A stretch of DNA of 64,000 nucleotides from Eledone cirrhosa (taxonomy: Eukaryota). Position 1 is the first letter of the stretch. Each line of letters starts with the position of its first letter. The position numbers were made by a program, and so were the translations under genes. The notes beneath the pieces were generated by a model. It saw nothing but the letters and a program-made list of their open reading frames with translations. It made no database searches and was not told where the DNA came from. Where the stretch lies: contig OZ024761.1 in NCBI GenBank assembly GCA_964016885.1, positions 26,288,001-26,352,000 of the forward strand, read 5' to 3'. Below, in pieces: positions 42,310 to 58,270 of the stretch.

Positions 42310-42398
42310 TAAAATGCATACGAGATGTATACATTTTTCATGATATGCTGGTAGACAAACGAGCTGGACAGATCGGGGACCACCAAGCATATGACTAG

Positions 42399-42438
<40 letters not shown>

Positions 42439-42650
42439 ATATATATAGTTAAAACTTAGACGGGAAGAAAAACCGAGAGGCAGTACAAATAAGAGTTTAT
42501 TAGGTTCACGCTTTTGAGAGTGGGATATACAGAGTGAGAGAGAGAGATGAGTTTATCCTGGGTTCAATCAGGGACATCCTGATGACTTCTCTCGAATGAA
42601 ATAGTATATCTTCTGTATATCATTTACATATATATATATATATATATATA

Positions 42651-42795
42651 TTGTTATACTTTGGGAGGGTCATGTTGCCAATAAGAAACACACACGTGTG
42701 TTTCTTATTGGCAACATGACCCTCCCAAAGTATAACAATATCGGTTTCAACACACGATTTCAGATAAAGAATCTTGCTAAACAAATTCAGAAACG

Positions 42796-42798
<3 letters not shown>
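42651..42798 (+). mobile_element. Family E short fold-back element in (TA)n
   Basis: About 43-bp arms around cacacgtgtg, plus the tail cggtttcaac...cagaaacgaaa identical to that at 51686-51742. Confidence 0.9.
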
Positions 42799-42855
<57 letters not shown>

Positions 42856-42935
42856 ACATATACATATGTGTGTGTGTATAAATATATATATATATATGCA
42901 CATATATACATATATATATATTTATACACACACAC

Positions 42936-42986
<51 letters not shown>

Positions 42987-42995
42987 CGCACACAC

Positions 42996-43067
<72 letters not shown>

Positions 43068-43119
43068 TTATACACACACACACATATGTATATATATATA
43101 TATATTTATACACACACAC

Positions 43120-43156
<37 letters not shown>

Positions 43157-43281
43157 CACACACACATATGTATGTATATATATATATATTTATACACACA
43201 CACATATGTATATATATATATATATATATTTATACACACACACATATGTATATATATATATATATATTTATACATACACAC

Positions 43282-43320
<39 letters not shown>

Positions 43321-43687
43321 TATACACACACACATATGTATATATATATATATATTTTTTTTTATACACACACATATGTATATATATATATATTTTTTTT
43401 TATACACACACACATATGTATATATATATATATATATATTTTTATACACACACACATATGTGTATATATATATATATATATATTTTTATACACACACACA
43501 TATGTGTATATATATTGTTATACACACACACATATGTGTATATATATATATTTTTTTTTTTATACACACACACATATGTGTATATATATATATATATATA
43601 TATTTTTTATACACACACACATATGTGTATATATATATATTTATACACACATATGTATATATATATATATTTTTATACACACACACA

Positions 43688-43773
<86 letters not shown>

Positions 43774-43790
43774 CATACATACGTATGTGT
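42799..43790. repeat. Compound minisatellite ttta(ca)n tatgta(ta)n
   Basis: Visible higher-order unit repeated many times. Confidence 0.92.
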
Positions 43791-44196
43791 ATAGTATATT
43801 TAACAATTCATGTTTAAATTTATGCAATTACGCTCAATCAGTAAAAGAGATTTATCTTTCATTCATCCGGTGTTAGCTAGATCGTTAAATTTAACACCAT
43901 CGATTATAGTATTAACAAGTAGACGAGTAGTGTTATTTGGGGTCGGATTTAATACAAAGTTAATCACTTTTTTCAATTATATTGTAATTTTAATTAACAG
44001 AGAGAGGACGTGTATCGGCCATGAATTTATGTATATATATATGTATATAAATTTAAGAATAAACGGGCTGTGTATTTGCTGGATAAGTTTTACTTATAAA
44101 AAGAGGAAAGCAAGAACGGGAGAACATTTTCCTTCATCACTTGTCTGCTGGAGGTCTTGGACATTTCAACTATATATATATATATATATTTATTTA

Positions 44197-44370
44197 TAGG
44201 AAAAGTGTCAGGACCCCGACGGTTGAGCTCCAGCCGTTTCGACAGCTAGATCCGAGCTGTCTTCTGGGCCCTGACTCTTTTCCTGTTACCCTCTCCTGTT
44301 ACCCTCTCCACTACCCTAAGTACTCTGATGCGTTATGGTCAACCTGTTTGCTTACCACACTTTCCTTGTT
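44197..44370 (+). mobile_element. Family C element (diverged, partial right arm)
   Basis: accccgacggttgagctccagccgtttcgacagct plus the shared tail. Confidence 0.8.
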
Positions 44371-44396
44371 CTTTATATGTATATATATATACAAAC

Positions 44397-44471
<75 letters not shown>

Positions 44472-44800
44472 CGGTGATAGCTTACATTTATAATAATTTC
44501 AAAACCCGCTCGCTGTTTCGAAAATATTCTTACTTGACATTACAGTCGCTAAGTTTATAGCTTCTAATTTGAATGGAAAATGACGGGTGATGTGTTGATG
44601 TAAATGGTAGCACAGTGGTCTGGATAACCAAAGCTGTTGGTTCGACTCCCATGTACGTCAATACTCATCTTTTTCTATTTCACCAAGCGTTCTTAACCCC
44701 ACTATCAGGCTAAACAATTTCTTTAATTTTTTTAGTCAAAATACGTCGTTGGCTTACATTTATAATAATTTCAAAACCGCTCGCTGTTTCGAAAATATTC

Positions 44801-44832
<32 letters not shown>

Positions 44833-44848
44833 TTATATGTGTGGGGAA

Positions 44849-45040
44849 GGCGGGGGGCTGAGTGGTTAGAGAATTGGCTTCGCAATTTGGATGATGGATT
44901 ATGTCATTGGGCAAGACCCTGTATTTCACGTTGCTCCTTCTACCTGGAGTTGCGACCGATAGATAGTATTAGCAATTGGAAAGACCAATGGAAACATTGT
45001 TTCCTCGGTCCGAATTGACGAAAGTCGATCAACTGTTGAC
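44849..45040 (+). mobile_element. Family B SINE with an internal head deletion
   Basis: ggctgagtggttaga, CORE, and a tail nearly identical to the 9071 copy. Confidence 0.88.
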
Positions 45041-45294
45041 ATATATGTATGTGTGTGTGTGATGTTTGCTCTGATCAGAGCAAACATCACGGACGCTCTA
45101 TCTCAAAATTATTTTTGAAAAGCATTAGAAATGCGCAACCGGTAAAACTTAAAACCAATACTGAATACTAACCAATACAATTACTAATTCTCACTTATTC
45201 TTAATTAAACTATTTTTCACTGTGAACAATTTGTCAGCATTTTCTATTCCGTTTACCAATATATAATAACTTGTGTGTTACACCTCTATTCTTT

Positions 45295-45341
<47 letters not shown>

Positions 45342-46195
45342 TACATATATGTAAGTATGCATAGCAGTGCATGTATTTGTATTTATACATACTTGTGTAT
45401 ATACATATATATGTGTGGGTGTGTGTGTGTGTGTGTGTGAGTGTAACACGGTAACCTGTGTATAAATATATAGATAAAGCTAGCTTATAAGTAGTATATA
45501 TATATATGCCTATACAAGAGTGGACAGAGGCGTCTACCATTTCATGTATGTATATGCCTATATATGTCTATAAGGATACACACGTCCGAATCGCATTATG
45601 TGCTTTCCAGCGATTAAATATTCCTTGCACTTGGATTAATCCTCAGTTGTCATGAATGACATGAGGGTACTTGTTTGAAATGACGAGAAACGGTGCAGTG
45701 GGTGCTATATAATAAATATGTATTAGAAGGAATAAAATATTTACCGAACCTCATTCGGAAACGAACGTCTCAAACGACATCGCTTTAAGCGTAAACCATG
45801 CATGGCAGAATTCCTACACAAGGGAGATTGAATGTTAGAATTTTAAATGTATAATTAGGTATCTTGAGGGTTTGATGTTGTTGCCACAACATGACTGAGA
45901 AGTTTTCTAGATTTATAGTAATGATGCCCGGTTAACATACACAAGGATGTTAGTTCGATTCACGGCGACTCGTTCGGTCCTTCAGTCAAAAACATAGAAT
46001 GAACTGGAGTAATCGAAATTATATCTTGAATGCGGAAGGTCATACTCGTTAGGCCTGAATGCTCTACCAAACATACCGTATTTTCGCCACTATAAATATA
46101 TATAGTTTTCCAAAAGATGGCAAAATGTATGGACCTGTTATTTGTATCTAATGACACCGCACCCGTCTCCTTCAATCTATCTAATTGTCATTCTT

Positions 46196-46231
46196 TCTCC
46201 TGATGAAGAACTAGCGTCCGAAACGTTAAGA
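46196..46231 (+). ncRNA. Minimal Penelope-type hammerhead-like motif (degenerate)
   Basis: ctgatga a gaac tagc gtcc gaaa cgt ta, with palindromic aacgtt stem III; stems I and II are imperfect. Confidence 0.5.
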
Positions 46232-46415
46232 CCCTCTTCCTGCTATTTCAAACGGTAACCCCATATATTCCTTCCATATACTGTACCGATTTTGTTATTT
46301 CTGTTTACCTTTTACACACACATACACACACACACATACACACACACACACATACACACACACACACATACATACATACATACATACATACATACATACA
46401 TACATACATACATAC

Positions 46416-46535
46416 AACGAAGGAAGTGTGGTAAAGAACCAGGTGGACCATAACGCACCAGAATACTCGATACTTTGAGTCCAGAAATAGCCGCCGAAAC
46501 GGCTTGAGCTCTGCCGTCGGAGTACTGAACCTTTT
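46416..46535 (-). mobile_element. Family C element with an internal deletion
   Basis: Tail joined directly to gtccagaaatagccgccgaaacggcttgagctc. Confidence 0.8.
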
Positions 46536-46551
46536 CCCCTCTCTCTCTCTC

Positions 46552-46673
<122 letters not shown>

Positions 46674-46676
46674 AAT

Positions 46677-46862
46677 GTGCGTGGCTGAGTGGTTAGGGAA
46701 TTGGATTTCGATTCCCGAAACGGGTGATGCCTTATGTCCTTCAGCAAGACACTTTATTTCACATTGCTCCTTCTACCTGGATTTGCGACAGATTGATAGT
46801 ATTAGCAATAGTAAAGACCAATGGATAGATCATTCGCTTAACGTATGCGGATCGACTGTTGA
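46677..46862 (+). mobile_element. Family B SINE (deleted variant)
   Basis: gcgtggctgagtggttag head, CORE and partial tail. Confidence 0.85.
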
Positions 46863-46947
46863 TATATATATTATATATATTTATTCTAACAATAGCACAT
46901 CAGCAATTCCTTTAAATATATATACATACATATATATATATATATAT

Positions 46948-47640
46948 AGTAATAATAATAAATTTGAAGACTAAAATCCAAAGCGAGCTCGATACGGATA
47001 AATATATATCAAATATATAAGAAACGTAGAGCAAATATTTATTAAAATAACAGATTAAAGTTTAAGCGAAGAATCGCTGCTTTCACCCTTAACGGGATCT
47101 TCTGAAACTAAAAAAGTCAATCTGTGAACGCAGAAGTAAATATTTCAAAAAACGTTGCAACTGGAGGAAGACATGACGACGATACTTTGGTTCGTGGACA
47201 CATTCCCTGGGAAAGAACGGAAAAAACGAAGATAATACGTCATTATTTGGTCCGGTGAAAACAATTACACGCAAAGACAGAATGACGTTTATGGTATAAA
47301 TGAAGTCGTAGACTAATACTCTATTAGGTGGTTCATGGAGACGTCTTCTGGCAATGAACGGGAAAAAACGAAGATAATACGTCATTATGTCGAGCACTGA
47401 GAACAATTACACGCAAAACACAGCACCTCAAATGGTACAACTGAAGTCGTAGACCAAAATTCCATTTAGGAAACCGAATGATTCTCGGCTTCAGAGTTAA
47501 GAAGAAAGTAAATAAAATACAGAGGAAATTGAAATTAAATATATACATACACGCATCCATATACGTACATACACAAGCATACGCGAAAACACTCGCCATG
47601 GGTATGCAAATACAATATCTGTTATTTTAATAAATATATA
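46948..47640 (-). mobile_element. Family F element with a CAGAAGA hammerhead-like motif, an internal ~143-bp tandem duplication and a short inverted end
   Basis: Motif at 47059-47109 (-); duplicated units at about 47187-47329 and 47330-47470; atatttattaaaataacagat is inverted at about 47617-47638. Confidence 0.65.
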
Positions 47641-47646
47641 TATATA

Positions 47647-47682
<36 letters not shown>

Positions 47683-47990
47683 AATATATAGGAATTGTTT
47701 ATGTTATAAATCTTAATATCGCCATGGTTTCATTATTTTTATACACGTTTCTTTGCAGTAACATGCTAAGCTAATTACATCAATGCACTCTATGTTAGTA
47801 TATATGTACATATATATATATATGTGTGTACGGACATATATGTATCCGTAATGTCCTTACAGACACATACACACACACACACACACACATAGACATGTAT
47901 ATATGTATTAATAACAGAAGGTTTAATATATACAATCTTCTAAGTCAGAGAGGTATATATTGAAAACAAATGTGAAACCTTGCTTGTTTT

Positions 47991-48022
<32 letters not shown>

Positions 48023-48026
<4 letters not shown>

Positions 48027-48130
48027 GTTTCTATTTTTGGCACAAGGCCAGCAATTATCCCAGTGTATTACTGGTACTTTATTTTATCGACCCCGTAAGG
48101 ATGAAAGGCAAAGTTAACCTCGGCGGCATT
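48023..48130 (-). mobile_element. Family A SINE 3' half
   Basis: Consensus match. Confidence 0.9.
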
Positions 48131-48154
48131 TAATAATAAATATAATAATAAAAG

Positions 48155-48159
<5 letters not shown>

Positions 48160-48225
<66 letters not shown>

Positions 48226-48677
48226 ATATATATATGTATATATATATGTGTATATATATATATATATATGTATGTATATATATGTGTATATATATATATG
48301 TCTATATATGTAGAGATATATAGGTATAGATATATACTGATAGATATATTGGTATAGATATATAGATATATATGTGTGTATATATATGTATGGATATATG
48401 TATGTATAGATATATGTATATATGTATAGATATATATATATGTATATATGTATAGATATATGTATGTATAGATATATGTATATATGTATAGATATATATA
48501 TATGTATATATGTATAGATATATGTATGTATAGATATATGTATATGTGTATATATGTATATATGTATAGATATATGTATGTATAGATATATGTATATGTG
48601 TATATATGTATATATGTATAGATATATATATGTATATATGTATATATATGTATATGTATATATGTATAAATATATAT

Positions 48678-48741
<64 letters not shown>

Positions 48742-48854
48742 AGATATATATATGTATATATGTATAGATATATATATGTATATATGTATAGATATATATA
48801 TGTATATGTATATAGATATATATATGTATATGTATATAGATAGATATATGTATA

Positions 48855-48890
<36 letters not shown>

Positions 48891-49376
48891 TACATATATA
48901 CATATATATATATACATACATATATATTGTCTTCCTTTAATTATTTTCTACAAATCTGTTTACAATAAATACAACATAGATAGATAAATAGACAAACAAA
49001 GAAACATTCAGTAGAAAAAGGGGGGGTATGGGATGGGGGGGGGAGGAAGGGGTTGTTGTAATCCAGGAAATGTAAAGATTGAAGATACAATAGAATTTCT
49101 CCGTTCATTTCCATGTATATCAACGCTTGAGAGATTTAGCAAATGGTATAAGAAGGCCTATGTATTATATAATAGAATTTAAATAGTTTTCTCTCTTTCT
49201 CTACACTTCTCTCTCCCACCAACCTCCTTTCTGTATTCATTTATATATTAGTGTATATATATATATATATATATATTGATGTATGTATATGTACATTTCT
49301 ATGTATATATCTATATATGTATATGTATATTTATGTTTTTATATATATACATTTATATATATGTCTTTATATGTAT

Positions 49377-49427
<51 letters not shown>

Positions 49428-49866
49428 CATTTATATATATATATATGTACATTTATATATATATATGTACATTTATATATATATATGTACATTTATATAT
49501 ATATATGTACATTTATATATATATATGTATATTTATATATATATATGTACATTTATATATATATATGTACATTATATATATATATGTACATTTATATATA
49601 TATATGTACATTTTATATATGTATATGTATACTTTTATATGTATATTTATATGTATGTATATATGAATACTTTTATATATATTTATATACATACATATAT
49701 GTATATGTTTATATATATATATATGTATGTATGTGTGTGTGTATATACATATTCATTTTTTGGAGGGTTATATTTATTTTCTAGAAATATTTATTCCTTT
49801 ATCATTCGCAACAATTCGATTGGTTTATGAATCTATTGTGTGTAGATATATATATAATTCTGTATG

Positions 49867-49912
<46 letters not shown>

Positions 49913-50212
49913 TACACACACACACACATATAGTTACGTCTCTCTCTCTATCTCTCTCTCTCTCTCTCTCCCTGTCTCTCTCTCTCTCTCTGTCTCTCTC
50001 TCTCTCTCTGTCTCTCTCTCTCTCTCTGTCTCTCTCTCTATATATATATATTTATATATTTATATATATATTATATTTATATATTTATATATATATATAT
50101 TTATATATATATATTTATATATATATATATATTATATATATATATATTTATATATATATATATTTATATATATATATATTTATATATATATATTTATATA
50201 TATATATAAATT

Positions 50213-50279
<67 letters not shown>

Positions 50280-50511
50280 TTATATATATATATATATATT
50301 TATATAAATATATATATTATATATATATAGTTATATATATTTATATATATATATAATTATTTATATATATTTATATATATATTTATATATATGTATATTT
50401 ATATATATGTATATTTATATATATGTATATTTATATATATGTATATTTATATATATGTATATTTATATATATATATATTTATATATATATATATTTATAT
50501 ATATATTATAT

Positions 50512-50549
<38 letters not shown>

Positions 50550-50580
50550 TTATATATATATATTTATATATATACATATT

Positions 50581-50616
<36 letters not shown>

Positions 50617-50721
50617 TATATATATATATATATTATATTATATATATTATATATATATTTATATATTTATATATATTTTATATTTATATATATATATATA
50701 TATATATTTTATATATATATT

Positions 50722-50754
<33 letters not shown>

Positions 50755-50901
50755 ATTTAAAAATATATATATTTATATATATATTTATATATATTTATAT
50801 TTATATTTATATATATATATTTATATATATATATATTTATATATATATATATTTAAAAATATATATATTTATATATATATTTATATTTATATATATATAT
50901 T

Positions 50902-50932
<31 letters not shown>

Positions 50933-50955
50933 ATTTATATATTTATATATATATT

Positions 50956-51006
<51 letters not shown>

Positions 51007-51069
51007 ATTTATATATATATATATATTTATATATATATTTATATATATATATATATTTATATATATATT

Positions 51070-51106
<37 letters not shown>

Positions 51107-51122
51107 ATATTTACATTATATT

Positions 51123-51159
<37 letters not shown>

Positions 51160-51160
51160 A
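48160..51160. repeat. Compound TA/CT microsatellites, including (TA)n with ttta interruptions
   Basis: Visible; unique island at about 48930-49240. Confidence 0.9.
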
Positions 51161-51317
51161 TTGTTATACTTTGGGAGGGTCATGTTGCCAATAAGAAACA
51201 CACGCACCAGTTGCTTTCACTTCAATTTTAATTTATTAAATATTTATAAATTTACAAATTTATAAATTTCTGGTTGGTTGGTTGGTTCCACAACCAGATA
51301 GTTGTTTATATATATAT

Positions 51318-51362
51318 AGTCATAGTTCTTTCGTCACACACTCTGTGACCTCTTCAGTGACT
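51318..51362 (-). ncRNA. Minimal type I hammerhead motif (family E, left arm)
   Basis: Exact mirror of 51482-51526. Confidence 0.75.
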
Positions 51363-51481
51363 GGGGATTTCTTTCTTCGTTTCTGTGCCTTTCCTTTCTT
51401 CTATCCTACGCCATTTTGTTTGAAACAAAATGGCGTAGGAGAGAAGAAAGGAAAGGCACAGAAACGAAGAAAGCAATCCCC

Positions 51482-51526
51482 AGTCACTGAAGAGGTCACA
51501 GAGTGTGTGACGAAAGAACTATGACT
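51482..51526 (+). ncRNA. Minimal type I hammerhead motif (family E, right arm)
   Basis: agtca ctgaaga g gtcaca gagtg tgtgac gaaa gaac ta tgact: 5-bp stem I, 6-bp stem II, 1-bp stem III. Confidence 0.75.
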
Positions 51527-51742
51527 ATATATATATAAACAACTATCTGGTTGTGGAACCAACCAACCAACCAGAAATTTATAAATTTGTAAATTTATAA
51601 ATATTTAATAAATTAAATTGAAGTGAAAGCAACTGGTGCGTGTGTTTCTTATTGGCAACATGACCCTCCCAAAGTATAACAATATCGGTTTCAACACACG
51701 ATTTCAGATAAAGAATCTTGCTAAACAAATTCAGAAACGAAA

Positions 51743-53430
<1,688 letters not shown>

Positions 53431-53479
53431 CACGAACAGAATTTATACAAACGGGAATTCGTAGCTAGAAAGATAATGG

Positions 53480-53525
<46 letters not shown>

Positions 53526-53699
53526 GACATGTTTGTAGATGTATAATTCATGAAACGATATCAAACTTGTGCGTAGAAATTTAACATAATATCAACATTC
53601 GTGCCTTCGTATCTAAAGATCTCTCCCACTCTTTCTATATCGTTTCTTGTCCCTTACTCTCACCTCAACCTTTAACTCAACCTTTATTTCCCTTTCTGG

Positions 53700-54345
53700 G
53701 TATTACTTCCTTTCTCTCTCTAAGCTTGAGCCCCTCGTTTTCTATATGCCAACCCGCCTCTCTCTCTACCTCTCTCTACTCTAACTCTCCCTCTCTCTAC
53801 CTCTAACTCTCCCTCTCTCTCTCCATCTCTCTCTCTTCCTCTCTCTACCCCTCTCTCTCTTTCTCTCTCTACCTCTCCCTACGTCTCTCTCTCTACCTCT
53901 CTCTCTCTTTCTCTCTCTACCTCTCCCTACGTCTCTCCCTCTCTACCTGTCTCGCTCTCTCTTTACACGTGTTTTCGCTACCTTTCGTATGTGCTACTTG
54001 CCCCCTTCTCTGTATCTCTATTCCTCTCTCTCTCTCTCTCTCTCTCTCTTCCACTGTAACTCTTCCTTTATTCCACTCTCTCTCTTCGTCTATTCCACTC
54101 TCTCTCTCTCTCTCTCTCTGTCTCTCCTTCTTTCGCACTCTCTCTCTCTTTTCCACTCTCTCTCTCTCCCTCTTTCGCACTCTCTCTCTCTCTCTCTCTC
54201 TCTATTTTCCACTCTCTCTCTCTCTCTGTTCCACTCTCTCTCTCTCTCTCTCTGTTCCACTCTCTCTCTCTCTCTCTATTCCACTCCCTCTTTCCCTCTC
54301 TGTATTATTCTACCACTTTGAATTGCCCCCCTCCTCCTCCTCTCA
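53700..54345. repeat. CT-rich low-complexity tract with ttccactctc units
   Basis: Visible. Confidence 0.9.
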
Positions 54346-54357
54346 CTACACATGTCT

Positions 54358-54512
54358 CTATCGTATCTCTCCCCCAGAAGCACCCAAATTTTGACAACCA
54401 AAAATTTGAAAAAAATAATAATAAACAACCTTCGGCCTCCTGGTTGCATGGTAGATTTTTGAGACTTATTTTAGGAAAAATGTAGCGTCCTGGAGGCCGG
54501 GAAACGCGGTAG
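54358..54512. mobile_element. Possible degenerate pogo/Tigger-like MITE
   Basis: Ends ctatcgtatctc.. and ..gcgtcctggaggccgggaaacgcggtag resemble TA-CCGTA-type termini (recall); weakly complementary. Confidence 0.35.
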
Positions 54513-54779
54513 AAGCTCTCTCTACACCTGCATTTATCGTTTCCCGCCACTCACTATACCTCACCTGTTTTCTTTGCGGCTATTTCTATCTTATAAACAT
54601 ACATGTGTGTGTGTATGACCCCATAAGCCCGGATGGAGACCTATGGACGCTGTCTTTTCGTAGATATTAACATAGCAGAGCCTATCCCCTCATCAGGTGG
54701 GAACATTGCCATCTACTCCCAGGGGAGAGAGAATGGGAGAAAGAGATATGGAGGAAGAATCCTCCCCAGTAATAGAGTG

Positions 54780-55190
54780 GTATTTTTTTATCAACCTCAA
54801 CAAGTTTGATATACAAGGGTCGTCTGTCTATGAAGGAGTGATGCTAGAGGTGTGAATTCTTGCATGCATTGATTAAAAAACTCATCTTATTAATAATTGT
54901 TTCTACATTTGGCACAAGGCCAGCAATTATCCCAGTGTATTACTGGTACTTTATTTTATCGACCCCGTAAGGATGAAAAGCAAAGTAATGAAGTTCTTAA
55001 TTCCTATAGATTATATTGAAAAATATACCTATCTTGGTCAGTCTATGAGAGAGTGATGCTAGAGCTGTAAAATCGTGAATGCATTCATTTGAAACTCTTA
55101 TTAATAACGGAAGCGATTATGTTGAAGAATATACCTCATTTGGTCATTCCATGAGAGTATCTTGGTCAGCCTATAAGGGAGTGATACTAG
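54780..55190 (-). repeat. Reverse-oriented copies of the mariner-end-derived unit, interrupted by a family A SINE fragment (54895-54985)
   Basis: tatgttgaagaat..cctcatttggtcattccatgagagtatcttggtcagcctat is the reverse complement of the 18236 unit. Confidence 0.7.
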
Positions 55191-55581
55191 AGGGAAGAGT
55201 CCCTCTACAAATAGGGCAAATTATTCTCTCTGGCGTTTTAACAGCACTGGCAGATCGCCACTTCTATGTATTTGTGTGTGTGTATATGTATGTATATAGG
55301 TAAGCATAAATGTGTGCGTGAATGTATGTATGCATATGTGTATATTTGTGAATGCATGTTTGTATAAGTTTATATGCATATTTATGTATATTTATGCATA
55401 TATAAGTATGCATATGTGTATGTGTACACTTATATGCATTTGTATGTATATGCATTATATATAAATATATACATGTATATACATACATATATATATATGC
55501 ATATACATACATTTATATATATATACATATATATATATAAATTCATAAACATATAAATACATGAACGTGTACTTATATATA

Positions 55582-55628
<47 letters not shown>

Positions 55629-55652
55629 GACATATATATATATATATATTTA

Positions 55653-55698
<46 letters not shown>

Positions 55699-56332
55699 GA
55701 CATACACATATCTGTGTGTGTGTATATATATATAGATATATATGTGTGTGTGTACATGTGTTTATATATATATGTATATATGTGTGTGTACATGTGTTTA
55801 TTCAACAGAATTATAGTTGTAATGACAAGTTACCACATCACCTATATATAATCAAAATGGACACCGACTGCATTCTCGCTAGCGAACATGGGATACGACA
55901 CATCTGAATAGAGGGAAATTTTCAGGTTACATACTTAGATATATTTGCATATATTTGGATATATGACATGTCTGAATACATTTGAATATAGGAAATTATA
56001 CACTAGAGGGACCGTGTGCTGCGTTGTTGGTGTTCGTTCTTTTATTGTCTTCAACAGTTCCATGTTACCATGTGATCACTTCAGCTTAGAGTTTGTGAGG
56101 CCTGACATGAACGTGTATGGTTAGCATTGTATTCTGATTGAATATGTATGTGTGTGAATGTGTGTATATGTATAGATATATATATGTATGTGTGTGTGTG
56201 TGTGTGTGTGTATGGATGTTTATATATGGATATGTGTATGTGTGAATGTATATATATGTATATATATATTTGGATGTGTGTATGTATATATATATATATA
56301 TATATATATGGATGTTGATATTTGGATGTGTG

Positions 56333-56367
<35 letters not shown>

Positions 56368-56732
56368 ATGTTGATATTTGGATGTGTGTATGTATATATA
56401 TATATATATATATATGGATGTTGATATTTGGATGTGTGTATGTATATATATATATATATGGATGTTGATATCTGTATGTGTGTATGAATATAAATATATA
56501 TGAACATTAATATATGGATGTGTGTATGTGAGACTGTATATATATGGATGTGTATATATGTATGAGTGAATGTATATAATGGTACACATGTATATATGGT
56601 AAACCAAATATGTGGGTTCGTGTCCCGTGTCCGTCAAAACTCATCCTTTTTCTTATTCAGAGGGTTTTTTTTAAATCCCAACTAACAAACTAATACTATT
56701 TATTCAAATAAGGCGTGACCACATGGTACTAA

Positions 56733-56773
<41 letters not shown>

Positions 56774-56777
<4 letters not shown>

Positions 56778-56912
56778 AACAAGTAAGACCCCGTCGAACC
56801 GGCTTGAACTCTGCCGTCGGGATTTTCTTGTTCCTATTACCCACTCTACTACCCTAAGTATTGAGTACTTTGGTCCGGTATGGTCCATCTGGTTTCTTGC
56901 CACATTTCCTTT

Positions 56913-56913
<1 letters not shown>
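56774..56913 (+). mobile_element. Family C element with most of the hairpin collapsed
   Basis: taggaacaagtaagacccc joined to gtcgaaccggcttgaactc, then the shared tail. Confidence 0.85.
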
Positions 56914-56965
<52 letters not shown>

Positions 56966-56966
<1 letters not shown>

Positions 56967-57117
56967 TCAGTCAATGGCAACATTGAGGACCGAATAAATT
57001 AGATTACCGATATAAAAGACACAGAAGCGAAAAGCGAAAACCAACCAAACAGTGAGTGTGTTCTGTTATTAATTCTGGCAATATTACACAAATATGACCC
57101 TCCCCAAGTATAATAAT
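56966..57117 (+). mobile_element. Family E relative, partial; reverse complement of 30506-30650
   Basis: High identity to the 30506 copy; ends at gtataataata. Confidence 0.85.
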
Positions 57118-57120
57118 ATA

Positions 57121-57165
<45 letters not shown>

Positions 57166-57403
57166 AAATTAACAATGAAAATAAAAACAACCATGTGAAG
57201 TTACTTTGCTTATTCATATCTTTGTTTTACGATCGTTTCGGAGGGTTGATCATGTTGACATATTGTCTGATCTATAGCAGTTATATAACTGTATACTATC
57301 TGTCCTATATAGGTTCGATGAGATCGTCTTTTTCGGAAACAATGAAGTTAGAATCTTTATTAGTAGTATATACCACCTGAGGTAGAGCACACTGACAAAA
57401 AAA

Positions 57404-58054
57404 ATGTATATATATATATGTATATATTTATATATATATGTATATATATATGTATATATATGTATATATATATGTATATATATGTATATATATTTGTATA
57501 TATATGTATATATATATATATGTATATATATTTGTATATATATGTATATATATATATATGTATGTATATATATACATATATGTATAAGTATATATATATA
57601 TATGTATGTATATGTATATATATATATGTATATATATATATATGTATATATATGTATGTATATGTATATATATGTATGTATATGTATATATATGTATGTA
57701 TATGTATATATATATGTATATATATATGTATGTATATTTATGTATGTATATGTATATATATATTTATTTATATATATATATATATATATACATATATATA
57801 CATAAATAAATATATACATATATATACATAAATATATATATACATATATATACATAAATATATATATACATATACATACATAAATATATATATACATATA
57901 CATACATAAATATATATATATACATATATATATACATATATATACATACATATGTGTATACATATATTCATATAAATATATGTATACACTATATATATAC
58001 ATATATATATATACATATGTGTATACATATATTCATATAAATATATATATACAC

Positions 58055-58151
<97 letters not shown>

Positions 58152-58238
58152 GTGTATACATATATTTATATAAATATATATATATACACTATATGTATAT
58201 GTATATATGTATATATATACATATATACATATATACAC

Positions 58239-58270
<32 letters not shown>

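Larger units (their letters stand above)
51161..51742 (+). mobile_element. Family E ~520-bp near-perfect palindrome plus tail, in (TA)n
   Basis: Arms 51161-51421 and 51423-51682 centred on 51422; tail 51686-51742. Confidence 0.92.
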
